From assembly GCA_020348385.1 (NCBI GenBank), contig CP070750.1, positions 1,829,244 to 1,893,243 on the forward strand: 64,000 nucleotides of DNA, given 5' to 3'. The stretch comes from Candidatus Aminicenantes bacterium. Lineage in GTDB: Bacteria > Acidobacteriota > Aminicenantia > Aminicenantales > Aminicenantaceae. The translations under genes and the position numbers were made by a program. The number at the start of each line of letters is the position of its first letter. Positions within the stretch are counted from its first letter, which is position 1. The notes under the pieces were generated by a model. That model saw only the letters and a list, made by a program, of their open reading frames with translations, searched no databases and was not told the origin of the DNA. Shown in pieces: positions 1 to 9,662 of this stretch.

Positions 1-1
1 T

Positions 2-661
2 GGGACGTTCATTGTGGGCAGTTTTCTCCCTTCTCTCCTGTATGGAGTTGCGCTTGGGAATGTAATCATAGGAATTCCTCTCGATGCCAACATGGATTTT
101 GGCGGAAATTTTTTCACGCTTCTCCGTCCTTTTCCGCTCTTGCTCGGGCTTTTCGGTTTAGCCGCCATCCTGCTTCAGGGAGCCACCTATGCCGCGATGA
201 AAACAGAAGGAGAAATTCAAGTAAGAGCAAGGAAAATTGCCCAAAAATTGTGGATCAAATATGCCATCCTTTTGGTTATATCTCTAGGTATATCGATCGC
301 CATCATTCCGGAAGCGTCCCAGAAATGGTTGGCCTGGATATTCACAGCCATAGTTATGGTTTGCCTTCTTCTTATCAGAAACGCACTTTTCAAAGGGAAC
401 GATGGTCAAGCTTTCCTATTCTCCTCTATTTCCTTTGGCGGACTATGGGGCATCGCAGGCGCTGTTCATTTTCCCAATCTCGTGAAAGCCAGTAACAATC
501 CCACATTAAGCCTGACAATACATAACTCATCCTCCTCCGAACTCACTCTAAAAGTGATGTTGATCATAGCGATTATCGGGATGCCCATCGTCATCGGCTA
601 CACGATTTATCTCTTTAAAGTATTCAAAGGTAAGGTAAAAACAGAAGATAAATCTTATTGA
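2..661 (+). CDS. cydB: cytochrome bd-type quinol oxidase subunit II, C-terminal part (5' end outside window)
   Basis: The frame is open from the window edge. The polytopic membrane sequence (GNVIIGIPLD...GGNFFTLLRPFPLL...GATYAAMKTEGE) matches the conserved C-terminal half of CydB. Confidence 0.75.
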   Translation, partial: GTFIVGSFLPSLLYGVALGNVIIGIPLDANMDFGGNFFTLLRPFPLLLGLFGLAAILLQGATYAAMKTEGEIQVRARKIAQKLWIKYAILLVISLGISIAIIPEASQKWLAWIFTAIVMVCLLLIRNALFKGNDGQAFLFSSISFGGLWGIAGAVHFPNLVKASNNPTLSLTIHNSSSSELTLKVMLIIAIIGMPIVIGYTIYLFKVFKGKVKTEDKSY

Positions 662-723
662 TTAAGCAGGCAAACAGGGGCACGCTTGACAGGATTTACT
701 ATGCCCCATATAATCAGCACACC

Positions 724-1110
724 ATGTCTGAGCCGGTGGAAAAAACCAAAACAGTAGAAGCTCCCCAAGAAAAAAGGCCTTTGTTTTCTTCCGCAAGATT
801 GGGTTCAACCGCAAAATTAAAAGGTGAATGGGTTTGTGATGAAGATGTGATCATCCAAGGCCATTTTCAGGGAAAAATCGATTCAGGAGACCATGACCTC
901 CACATCGAAAAAGAGGCCATAGTCAAAGCCGATATTCAAGGAAAAAATATCACGATACTCGGGAAAGTCACGGGCAATGTCAAAGCTTCCGGAAAGATCA
1001 CTATTGGAAATGAGGCCAAAATGATCGGGGATTTAACAGCCCCTCAAATCAACATCCAGGAAGGCGCCAATTTCATGGGCACTATCAAGATGTTCCCAAA
1101 AACCATTTAA
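724..1110 (+). CDS. bactofilin-family cytoskeletal protein
   Basis: It has the repetitive beta-helix pattern typical of bactofilin/DUF583 (DVIIQGHFQGKIDSG..IVKADIQGKNITILGKVTGNVKASGKITIG). The track start at 658 is TTG; I prefer the first ATG at 724. Confidence 0.7.
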   Translation: MSEPVEKTKTVEAPQEKRPLFSSARLGSTAKLKGEWVCDEDVIIQGHFQGKIDSGDHDLHIEKEAIVKADIQGKNITILGKVTGNVKASGKITIGNEAKMIGDLTAPQINIQEGANFMGTIKMFPKTI

Positions 1111-1258
1111 AATCAGCTACTTGGAGAATTCACGACCCAGCCCGCTCCTCCCCAAGCCATCCCACCCCACCCCAATCTAAAGGTAATATACAATTCATAG
1201 TGTTGTATACCTGAAAAGGAATGTGTGGGTAGCAGCTTTTTTTTATGCTCTGAAAATA

Positions 1259-2008
1259 TTATTTGTGGCGATAGTATTCAGCTGGCGTCTGGCTTACGAT
1301 ATATTCGACAGCTTTTTGAATGCACACTCTAATCGCCTTTTCAATCGGCGTATTGCTGAATCCGCCTAAAGAAACAGGCAGACTACCACCTACCCAGGTG
1401 GATCCCGAAACGCCAAAACTTGTTGAATCCCCTTCAACGCTAGTGGCAGCAACGATCTGAGAGGTCTTGGTGTCTATGATGCGGATATCAATAGCAATAT
1501 GTCCTTTTTTCACGCCTCCTCCAATGTTAACGCCCAATATTCTCGTTCCTCCTCCTACACCCTTTGCGCTTCCTTTAAACTCCGTCACTGAGGCGGTAAT
1601 CAAAAGCTCTGCACCATAAATTTCTCCTATCGGAGCCTCTGTCCCTTTTTTCACGCGCCCGGATTCTCCTAGGTCTTGCTCAGCCAACACCTCACCCAGC
1701 TGCTCTCTCTCGAGAACAATGTACCGATTGCTGTTGAACAACGACGTGGTCAGCATGTCTCTCATGCCTTCCCCGATCTGGCGCCATTGGAGACCGTACA
1801 TGCCATACCAACCTCCGGTCCATCCTCCCTTTGCCGTCTTATCCTGAAACTCTCCGACAGCAAGTCTGGCTTTGGGGCCGTCATATCGTTCCGCTTGAGC
1901 TTGATCTATTGAGGGGCCACCTGTGGATGTGACTTGGGCCGTTGGGGCACATGAATGAAGCCAAACAACGACCGCAATACAGGCTATCAATGTTAGGATT
2001 TTTTTCAT
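1259..2008 (-). CDS. CsgG-family periplasmic lipoprotein (curli-type secretion channel/LpoB-like fold)
   Basis: It has a lipoprotein signal (MKKILTLIACIAVVVWLHSC). The ARLAVGEFQDKT...MLTTSLFNSNRYIVLEREQL..LAEQDL...GAELLITASVTEF pattern matches the CsgG family. Confidence 0.65.
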   Translation of the reverse strand: MKKILTLIACIAVVVWLHSCAPTAQVTSTGGPSIDQAQAERYDGPKARLAVGEFQDKTAKGGWTGGWYGMYGLQWRQIGEGMRDMLTTSLFNSNRYIVLEREQLGEVLAEQDLGESGRVKKGTEAPIGEIYGAELLITASVTEFKGSAKGVGGGTRILGVNIGGGVKKGHIAIDIRIIDTKTSQIVAATSVEGDSTSFGVSGSTWVGGSLPVSLGGFSNTPIEKAIRVCIQKAVEYIVSQTPAEYYRHK

Positions 2009-2089
2009 GATACCTCCTTTTTTCCTAGCTTATATTCGAATTCAAGGCTTGTCAATCACCTCTTGGGAGGAATTTTAATCATCCTTTTC

Positions 2090-2098
2090 TGTTATAAT
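2090..2098 (+). promoter_or_regulatory. extended -10 element TGtTATAAT in front of uvrB
   Basis: TG at 2090-2091 and TATAAT at 2093-2098. The hexamer overlaps the first ATG (2097) and ends 7 nt before the second ATG (2106). No SD is present. Confidence 0.35.
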
Positions 2099-4100
2099 GG
2101 CTCTTATGAAATCTTTTGTGCTGCGCTCGGAATTCACTCCCAAAGGGGACCAGATTAGCGCAATCACACAACTCACCGAAAGCCTGAATAAAAGATCAAA
2201 GCACCAGGTTTTGATGGGAGTGACGGGCTCGGGAAAAACTTTCACCATGGCTAACATCATCAAAATGGCTGTCAGGCCCGTTCTCGTTATCTCTCACAAT
2301 AAGACATTGGCTGCCCAGCTCTACCAGGAGTTCAGGAATTTTTTCCCCAAGAATGCTGTGGAGTATTTTGTCAGCTATTACGACTACTACCAACCCGAGG
2401 CCTTTATCCCAGCCAGCAACACTTATATCGCAAAAGAAGCCACGATAAATGACGAAATCGACCGGCTTCGGCTTTGTGCCACCAATTCTCTTTTCCAGAG
2501 GAAGGATGTCATCATCATCGCCTCTGTCTCCTGTATTTACGGGATAGGATCTCCAGATACATATTTTTCCATGCGTTTCACCTTGGAAAAGGGCCAAGCC
2601 ATCTCGAGAAAAAAAATCCTCAAATATCTGGTCGATATTCAATACGAAAGACAGGAATCAAATTTTCAGAGAGGAACCTTACGCGTGAGAGGGGACATCA
2701 TCGAGGTTTTTCCCTCCTACGAGGATTATGCCTACCGGATCGAATTGGGCGATGACAAAATCACAAATATTTCATCGATAGACCCGCTTCTTGGCACGGT
2801 TCAAGAAAACTTCGAAAAAATCGTCCTTTTCCCAAGGACGTTCTTTTCGACACCGCGGGACATCCTCGATTATGCCATCGAAAATATCGAAAAAGAAATG
2901 AAACAGAGAACAGATTTTTTCCAAAAACAGGGAAAAATCATCGAGGCCAGCAGGATCGAGGAAAAAACACAGTATGACTTGGAGTTATTGAGGGAACTCG
3001 GCTGGTGCCCCGGCATTGAAAATTACTCTCTCTATTTGAGCAGGAGAGAGCCTGGGCAACCGCCCTACACATTGCTTGATTATTTTCCAGAAGATTTTCT
3101 GATCATCATCGACGAATCCCATGTGACAATCCCTCAGATCGGGGGAATGTTCCATGGAGATCGATCACGGAAGCAAACTCTGATCGAACATGGTTTTCGG
3201 CTACCTTCAGCGCTGGACAATCGACCACTGAACTTTACAGAATTCGAAGAGCGCGCGAATCAAGTTCTTTACGTCTCCGCTACTCCAGGAATGTATGAAC
3301 TAAAAAAAACAAATAACAAAGTAGTGGAACAAATCATCAGGCCCACCGGTCTCATCGATCCTGTGGTGGATGTCCGACCGATTAGAGGGCAAGTCGATAA
3401 TCTGATGGGAGAAATCGAAAAAAGAGCCAAAAAGCAGGAAAGAACGCTAGTGACCACACTGACAAAAAAAATGGCAGAAAACCTGACCAGATACTACCAC
3501 GATCTCGGCCTCCATGTCCGTTACCTCCATTCAGAAATCAAAACGCTCGAGCGCGTGCAAATCCTTCGGGATCTGAGAAAGGGAAAATTCGACGCCCTTA
3601 TCGGGATAAACCTTTTGAGAGAGGGTTTGGATCTCCCAGAAGTTTCTCTTGTCGCTATTCTGGATGCTGACAAAGAAGGGTTCCTGCGTTCCTCCACTTC
3701 TCTGATCCAGACCTTCGGGAGAGCGGCTAGGAATGTCGATGGTATGGTCATCCTGTATGCCGACACAATCACCGGATCCATCAAAGAGGCCATGAATGAA
3801 ACCAACAGAAGGAGAGTATTGCAAAAGGAATACAACAAAAAAAATAATATCACTCCCCAATCCATAATGAAGCGCATCGATGAGGTCTTGACCAGTGTTT
3901 ACGAAAGGGATTATTTTGACTATTTGAAGATATCCGAAGATAAAGATATCTATCTCTCTCCAGAAAAGAGAAAAAAGAGGATGGAGGAGCTAGAAAAACT
4001 GATGAAAGAAGCTGTCCGAAACCTAGAATTCGAAAAGGCAGCTTCGATGAGGGATGAACTCAAAAAATTGAAAAAGCGAGAATTAGAACTTGTCGGATAA
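2097..4100 (+). CDS. uvrB: excinuclease ABC subunit B
   Basis: Full-length UvrB with the Walker A motif GVTGSGKT, helicase motifs and the C-terminal UVR motif (EFEKAASMRDELKKLK). The true start is probably ATG 2106 (MKSFVLRSEFTPKGDQ). Confidence 0.97.
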   Translation: MALMKSFVLRSEFTPKGDQISAITQLTESLNKRSKHQVLMGVTGSGKTFTMANIIKMAVRPVLVISHNKTLAAQLYQEFRNFFPKNAVEYFVSYYDYYQPEAFIPASNTYIAKEATINDEIDRLRLCATNSLFQRKDVIIIASVSCIYGIGSPDTYFSMRFTLEKGQAISRKKILKYLVDIQYERQESNFQRGTLRVRGDIIEVFPSYEDYAYRIELGDDKITNISSIDPLLGTVQENFEKIVLFPRTFFSTPRDILDYAIENIEKEMKQRTDFFQKQGKIIEASRIEEKTQYDLELLRELGWCPGIENYSLYLSRREPGQPPYTLLDYFPEDFLIIIDESHVTIPQIGGMFHGDRSRKQTLIEHGFRLPSALDNRPLNFTEFEERANQVLYVSATPGMYELKKTNNKVVEQIIRPTGLIDPVVDVRPIRGQVDNLMGEIEKRAKKQERTLVTTLTKKMAENLTRYYHDLGLHVRYLHSEIKTLERVQILRDLRKGKFDALIGINLLREGLDLPEVSLVAILDADKEGFLRSSTSLIQTFGRAARNVDGMVILYADTITGSIKEAMNETNRRRVLQKEYNKKNNITPQSIMKRIDEVLTSVYERDYFDYLKISEDKDIYLSPEKRKKRMEELEKLMKEAVRNLEFEKAASMRDELKKLKKRELELVG

Positions 4101-5874
4101 AACAAAAAATTCCTTGAGGGCAAAACTCGATACTTTTCCTAAAAAACCGGGCATTTATTTTTTCAAGGATAAATTCCAAAATATCATCTATATCGGCAAA
4201 GCCCGTTCACTTAGAGACCGAGTCAAATCCTATTTCATTCCTTCCACAGATGCGAAAGTGAACAATCTCCTGGGAGAAACAAGAGATATTGAATATATTC
4301 TCACCGGATCAGAAAAAGAGGCCAATTTTCTGGAAAACAATTTTATCCAACAATATCAACCGAAATTCAATCTGCGACTCAAGGATGACAAAAGTTTTCC
4401 CTATCTGAAATTATCCCTCCAAGATCGGTATCCAGGAATATATCTGACACGCCGCGTCAAGGCGGATGGCTCAAAATATTTTGGGCCGTTCTCCCCTGCC
4501 CATCAAGCCAGGCAGACCATCCATCTCATCTCCAAATTTTTTGGGATTCGGACATGCACAGAAAAGCTCCCTGGAAAAAGAAAGCGTCCCTGTTTGGAGT
4601 ATGACTTGAAGCTCTGCTCAGCTCCTTGTACTGAATTTATCAGTGAGATCGAATACAAGGAGAACGTAAACAATGCACGCCTTTTTATGGAAGGCAAAGT
4701 CGATGAATTATTAAAAATTGCCAGAGCGGGTATGAAAGAATCGGCGGAACAACAAGAATTCGAACAAGCTGCGCAATGGAGAGATCTCATCCACACACTT
4801 GAAAATATCAAAGAGGAACCAAAAATGATCTCTGTGGGACTGGATGACAAAGACATCATCGGATTTGCCCATCAGAAAGACAGAACCGCTTTGTATGTTT
4901 TCGTGATGAGGAAAGGAAAAGTGAGCGAATCCGAGAGTGTCTTGAGTAAAAAAATCGATAAAACATCCCCAACAGATCCACTGTCCTTTCATTTGTCCCA
5001 ATTCTACAAAGATCGGAAAAACTGGCCAGACAAAATCCTGCTCCCTTGCCCACCGATCCACAGGCAAAAATTGCAAGATGAGATCTCTTTTCTGGCCAAA
5101 AAAAGTGTCAAACTTATGGTCCCACACAAAGGGAAAAACAGAAAACTGGTGGAACTCGCCGACAGAAATGCGGAAATCATCCTTAAGGAAACAAGCAATG
5201 GACGTTTACCACTCAGGGAAACACAAGAGATATTAGATCTCGAGAGGATTCCCCGCCGCATTGAGGGTTTTGACGTATCCAATACAGGAGGAGAAGAATC
5301 AGTAGGATCTGTCGTGGTCTTTGAAGAGGGGCATCCCAGAAAACAGGAATACAGAAAATACAAGATCAAAACAGTCAAAGGGCCCGATGATGTGGCATGC
5401 CTCCAAGAGGTCATTCGGAGGAGATACACTAGGCTAAAACGTGAAAAAAAAGCTCTCCCTGATCTTATTCTAGTCGACGGGGGAAAAGGACAGCTCAACA
5501 TCGCAAGGAAAACTCTGAAACAACTAGGTTTGGAAAACCTGCCAGTAATCTCCTTGGCAAAAAGAGATGAGATAATTTTTGCGCCCTCCCATTCACAGGG
5601 CCTCAAGCTAGATAGGACATCACCTGTTTTGAAGCTCTTCCAACATATTCGGGATGAGGCTCACCGTTTTGCCATTACCTATCACCGGATGAAAAGAGAT
5701 AAAAGAAGCTTCGAATCCAAACTCGATGGGATTCCGGGATTGGGTCCAAAACGGAAATCTCTGATCTTCAAAAAATACAGAAGCCTTGCAGAGATCAAAA
5801 ACTCTTCGCTTGACGAATTAGCAAAAACTGTAGGGAGTAAAATCGCTGTTGAAATATTAAAAATCCTCAAATGA
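4090..5874 (+). CDS. uvrC: excinuclease ABC subunit C
   Basis: It has the GIY-YIG N-terminus (PGIYFFKD...IIYIGKARSLRDRVKSYF), a UVR motif, an endonuclease domain and a C-terminal HhH. It has no ATG start. It uses TTG at 4090 (overlapping the uvrB end) or TTG at 4117. Confidence 0.93.
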   Translation: MSDKTKNSLRAKLDTFPKKPGIYFFKDKFQNIIYIGKARSLRDRVKSYFIPSTDAKVNNLLGETRDIEYILTGSEKEANFLENNFIQQYQPKFNLRLKDDKSFPYLKLSLQDRYPGIYLTRRVKADGSKYFGPFSPAHQARQTIHLISKFFGIRTCTEKLPGKRKRPCLEYDLKLCSAPCTEFISEIEYKENVNNARLFMEGKVDELLKIARAGMKESAEQQEFEQAAQWRDLIHTLENIKEEPKMISVGLDDKDIIGFAHQKDRTALYVFVMRKGKVSESESVLSKKIDKTSPTDPLSFHLSQFYKDRKNWPDKILLPCPPIHRQKLQDEISFLAKKSVKLMVPHKGKNRKLVELADRNAEIILKETSNGRLPLRETQEILDLERIPRRIEGFDVSNTGGEESVGSVVVFEEGHPRKQEYRKYKIKTVKGPDDVACLQEVIRRRYTRLKREKKALPDLILVDGGKGQLNIARKTLKQLGLENLPVISLAKRDEIIFAPSHSQGLKLDRTSPVLKLFQHIRDEAHRFAITYHRMKRDKRSFESKLDGIPGLGPKRKSLIFKKYRSLAEIKNSSLDELAKTVGSKIAVEILKILK

Positions 5875-5928
5875 TTTTGAATTTTTGTATTTTTTAGCAT
5901 ACTATGGATAGATCATCGGAGCGATAAA

Positions 5929-6282
5929 ATGATATTCGGTATCGGAGTGGACATCATCGAAGTGGGAAGGATACAAAAGTTAGCCGAAAAAAGTCCCCGT
6001 TTTCTCAAAAGGATCTTCACCGACGAAGAAATCAAATACAGCAACGGAAAAAAGAACAAATACCAACACCTGGCCGCTCGTTTTGCGGCCAAGGAGGCAT
6101 TTTTCAAGGCGCTGGGGAGAAAAATCAAATGGACAGACGTTGGGATCATCAATCTCCCCTCAGGGAAACCGGAACTGGATCTAAAAACACAAGAATCTTT
6201 ACCTTTCGATAGAATCCAGGTTTCTCTTTCTCATCTCCAGGATTATGCGGTCGCCTATGTCGTTCTCGAAAAAATCAAATAG
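5929..6282 (+). CDS. acpS: holo-[acyl-carrier-protein] synthase
   Basis: The N-terminus MIFGIGVDIIEVGRI and the motifs AARFAAKEAFFKA and SLSH give the classic AcpS pattern. Length is 117 aa. Confidence 0.9.
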   Translation: MIFGIGVDIIEVGRIQKLAEKSPRFLKRIFTDEEIKYSNGKKNKYQHLAARFAAKEAFFKALGRKIKWTDVGIINLPSGKPELDLKTQESLPFDRIQVSLSHLQDYAVAYVVLEKIK

Positions 6283-6388
6283 TCTGAACGCAATATCATC
6301 ACGAAAAAATTAAGAGACTTGGTTACTCCAAAGGAAAAAATCATACGGCAGTTAATAATGAACAAGGTATTTAAATAAGGAGGTATCC

Positions 6389-9300
6389 ATGAAAAGACTA
6401 AATATCTCATTGTATTGTGTTTTTCTTATCTTTGTCAGCAACGCTATCGCTGTGGCTGCAACGCGACTTCTGCATGAACCGGATATCCAAGCTGACAAAA
6501 TTGTTTTTGTCAAAGCTGGGGACTTATGGACCGTGAGCGACAAAGGAGGAGAAGCGAAGAGACTCACCGTGCACCAAGGAATCGAGGCCTCGCCTAAGTT
6601 TTCCCCTGATGGAAAATGGATAGCGTTTTCTGGAGAGTATGATGGCAACAGGGATGTTTTTATCATCCCATCAAATGGAGGGGAGCCAAAAAGGCTCACC
6701 TACCATCCTTATCCTGATACAGTTCTCGGCTGGATTCCTGATGGGACAAGGATTCTTTTTAAGTCATCGCGAAGCAGTTACAGCGGCTTCAACCGTCTCT
6801 TCACAATCAGTACGGAGGGAGGATTTCCCGAGGAACTGCCTATTCCCATGGTTGAATATGCTGATTACTCTCCTGAAGGAAGCCGCCTTGCTTATAATCC
6901 AATAAGGCATTTTCAAAAGTGGAGACGGTACCGAGGCGGATCCACACCGGCAGTGTGGCTGCTCAATCTCTCCGATTTCTCCTACGAAGAAATACCCCAT
7001 GAAAACGCCAGTGACATTTCTCCTGTGTGGATGGGAAACACGGTATATTTTCTTTCCGACAGAGATAGAACTCTGGACATATATGCTTATGATGTATCCG
7101 GGAAAGTGCTTGAACATCTAGTGAAGAACGGAGATTTCGACATAGAAAACTTATCTGGTGACGGAAAACGATTGGTGTATGAAAGCAATGGGGACTTGTA
7201 TGTTTACGATCCCGCTGTGGGCAATCCACAAAAGCTGCGTATAACAGTTCCCGGGGATCAACTATTCGTAAGGAAACACCACAAAAATGTCTCGAAGGAA
7301 ATAATGAATTATGATCTCTCTCCGACAGGAGCACGGGCAGTCTTTGAAGCACACGGGGAGGTATTAACTGTTCCAGCAAAAAAGGGTAACATCCGGAACT
7401 TGACGAGGTCCCCGGGCGTTATGGATAGAGATCCAGCATGGTCGCCGAATGGGAAATATATATCTTACTTTTCAGATAAAGGCGGAGAATATGCTCTTTA
7501 TATCATAGACCAGAAGGGTATGGAGCCAGCAAAGAAAATAGAATTCAAAAAACCTTCCTTTTATTACAGCCCAACTTGGTCACCGGACAGTAAAAAATTG
7601 GTTTTCACAGATAAGCACATGAATATCTGGTATGTTGATATCGAAAAAAAGAATCCTGTGAAAGTCGATACGGATCTCTTTTCCCATCCATTCCGCACAC
7701 TGGACCCTGTGTGGTCCCCAGATAGCAACTGGATAGCATATGTACGGAAACTCGATAATTACTTCCGTACAGTGTTTGTCTATTCACTGGACGAAAATAA
7801 ATCTTACCAGATTACCGATGGAATGAGTGATGCTCTCTATCCGGTCTTCGATCCAGAGGGCAAATATCTGTACTTCACGGCAAGCACAAATGCTGGACAA
7901 TCCACCGGCTGGCTTGACCTCACCGCCTTTGATAGAAATATCAACATGCATATTTACCTCGTCGTATTGCGGAAAGATCTGCCTTCACCCCTTGCCCCTG
8001 AAAGTGATGAGGAAAAGCCTGAAGAAGAACAAAAAAAAGACCCTCCTAAAAAAGAGGAAAAAGAATCCGAAAAAAAGGATCCTGAAAAGAAAAAGGATGA
8101 ATTCAGAATCGACCTTGAAAACATTGATCAACGCATAATCGCCCTGCCTGTACCGCCAAAGGTCTATTCTCATTTGAGAGCGATCAAAGGAAAATTCTTC
8201 TTCTTGGAATCATCAACGACAGCATTTTTCGGCCCTCCCCAGGGTACAATCATGTTGTTTGACTTTGAATCAAGAAAATCAACCACATATTTGACTAATG
8301 TGACAACATTCAATGTTTCGGCTGACGGGAAAAAACTGCTGTACCTTTCCGGAGACAACTGGGGAATCATTGACACCTCAAATAAGCCAAAACCAGGAGA
8401 TGGAAAACTTAATCTGACCACTATGGATATACAAATAAACCCTAGGGCGGAGTGGAAGCAGATGCTTATCGAAGCATGGCGGATCAACAGAGATTTCTTC
8501 TACGATCCTGGTATGCACGGTGTAGACTGGGAGGCCATCCGTAACCAATACACGGCTTTCCTGCCATATGTTGCCCACAGAAGTGATCTTAATTTTCTGA
8601 TCACAGAAATGATCAGCGAGTTATGCGTCGGGCATGCTTATGCAGGTGGAGGCAACTACCCGGATGTAGAGAGAGTACTTGGCGGACTTCTTGGAGCAGA
8701 TTATGAAATTGAAAACGGACGTTACCGCATTAAGAAAATTTATAGCGGATTGAATTGGAACCCAAACCTTCGCGCGCCGCTCACCGAACCAGGTGTGGAT
8801 ATCTCAGAGGGAGACTTTATAATCAAGGTTAACGGCAAACCGTTGCACGCCCCAACAAATATATTCTCGCTTTTCGAAAAAACAACGGAAAAACAAGTGA
8901 CACTGACTGTCAATTCTTCCCCTGAAGAAAAGGGAAGCAGAACGGCAACTGTCGTGCCGATATGGAACGAATACAGTCTGAGAAACCGGGCTTGGGTTGA
9001 AGGTAATAGAAGGCGGGTCGAAGAATTATCCGGAGGAAGGATCGGGTATGTATACTTGCCGGATACAGGCGGGGGAGGTTATACGTACTTTAACCGGTAT
9101 TTTTTCTCCCAACTGGATAAAGATGGACTCGTTATTGATGAGCGGTTTAATGGTGGTGGATTTGTAGCTGATTATATTATCGATTACCTGGATCGCCCGC
9201 TCTTAAGCTACTGGGCAACCCGCGATGGGAAACCTTTTGCCACTCCGTTTGCCTCGGTATTAGGCCCGAAAGCGATGATCATCAATGAATACGCAGGTTC

Positions 9301-9637
9301 TGGAGGAGATGCATTACCATGGATGTTCAGAGAAAGGAAAATTGGCCCTCTTGTAGGAAAGCGCACATGGGGTGGACTTGTTGGCATATACGATTATCCC
9401 CGCCTTATGGATGGTGGTTCTGTGACCTCGCCAAGGGTCGCCATATTCAGCAAGGACAGCGAATGGATCGTTGAAAACGAAGGTGTTGCTCCTGATTATC
9501 CTGTTGAATTGATCCCTGCTGAGGTTATAAAAGGTAAGGATCCGCAGCTGGAAAAAGCAGTGGAGCTAGTTATGGAGTCCCTCAAAAAGAGCCTGATTCC
9601 GAAACCAAAACGCCCGAAACCGGCAATCAAGAAGTAG
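6389..9637 (+). CDS. tricorn-type protease homolog (PD40/TolB-like propellers + PDZ + S41 peptidase domain)
   Basis: It has a signal peptide, repeated SPDGK/SPDS propeller motifs and a C-terminal S41 core (GYVYLPDTGGGG..DERFNGGG..YAGSGGDALP). AAGGAGG lies 6 nt upstream of the ATG. Confidence 0.85.
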   Translation: MKRLNISLYCVFLIFVSNAIAVAATRLLHEPDIQADKIVFVKAGDLWTVSDKGGEAKRLTVHQGIEASPKFSPDGKWIAFSGEYDGNRDVFIIPSNGGEPKRLTYHPYPDTVLGWIPDGTRILFKSSRSSYSGFNRLFTISTEGGFPEELPIPMVEYADYSPEGSRLAYNPIRHFQKWRRYRGGSTPAVWLLNLSDFSYEEIPHENASDISPVWMGNTVYFLSDRDRTLDIYAYDVSGKVLEHLVKNGDFDIENLSGDGKRLVYESNGDLYVYDPAVGNPQKLRITVPGDQLFVRKHHKNVSKEIMNYDLSPTGARAVFEAHGEVLTVPAKKGNIRNLTRSPGVMDRDPAWSPNGKYISYFSDKGGEYALYIIDQKGMEPAKKIEFKKPSFYYSPTWSPDSKKLVFTDKHMNIWYVDIEKKNPVKVDTDLFSHPFRTLDPVWSPDSNWIAYVRKLDNYFRTVFVYSLDENKSYQITDGMSDALYPVFDPEGKYLYFTASTNAGQSTGWLDLTAFDRNINMHIYLVVLRKDLPSPLAPESDEEKPEEEQKKDPPKKEEKESEKKDPEKKKDEFRIDLENIDQRIIALPVPPKVYSHLRAIKGKFFFLESSTTAFFGPPQGTIMLFDFESRKSTTYLTNVTTFNVSADGKKLLYLSGDNWGIIDTSNKPKPGDGKLNLTTMDIQINPRAEWKQMLIEAWRINRDFFYDPGMHGVDWEAIRNQYTAFLPYVAHRSDLNFLITEMISELCVGHAYAGGGNYPDVERVLGGLLGADYEIENGRYRIKKIYSGLNWNPNLRAPLTEPGVDISEGDFIIKVNGKPLHAPTNIFSLFEKTTEKQVTLTVNSSPEEKGSRTATVVPIWNEYSLRNRAWVEGNRRRVEELSGGRIGYVYLPDTGGGGYTYFNRYFFSQLDKDGLVIDERFNGGGFVADYIIDYLDRPLLSYWATRDGKPFATPFASVLGPKAMIINEYAGSGGDALPWMFRERKIGPLVGKRTWGGLVGIYDYPRLMDGGSVTSPRVAIFSKDSEWIVENEGVAPDYPVELIPAEVIKGKDPQLEKAVELVMESLKKSLIPKPKRPKPAIKK

Positions 9638-9662
9638 GATAATCCCTATTTATTTAACGAAG

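Noticed and set aside
1111-1258. Possible bidirectional terminator between convergent bactofilin and CsgG-like genes (GGTAATATACAA..TTGTATACC imperfect hairpin, AGCAGC-T8).
   Set aside because: The stems are short and bulged with no clear stem plus U-run architecture on either strand.
7985-8110. Repetitive AAAAAGA/GAAGAA DNA that at first glance looked like a tandem repeat or CRISPR-like spacing.
   Set aside because: It is the coding sequence of a Lys/Glu-rich linker within the tricorn-type protease. There are no regular repeat units.
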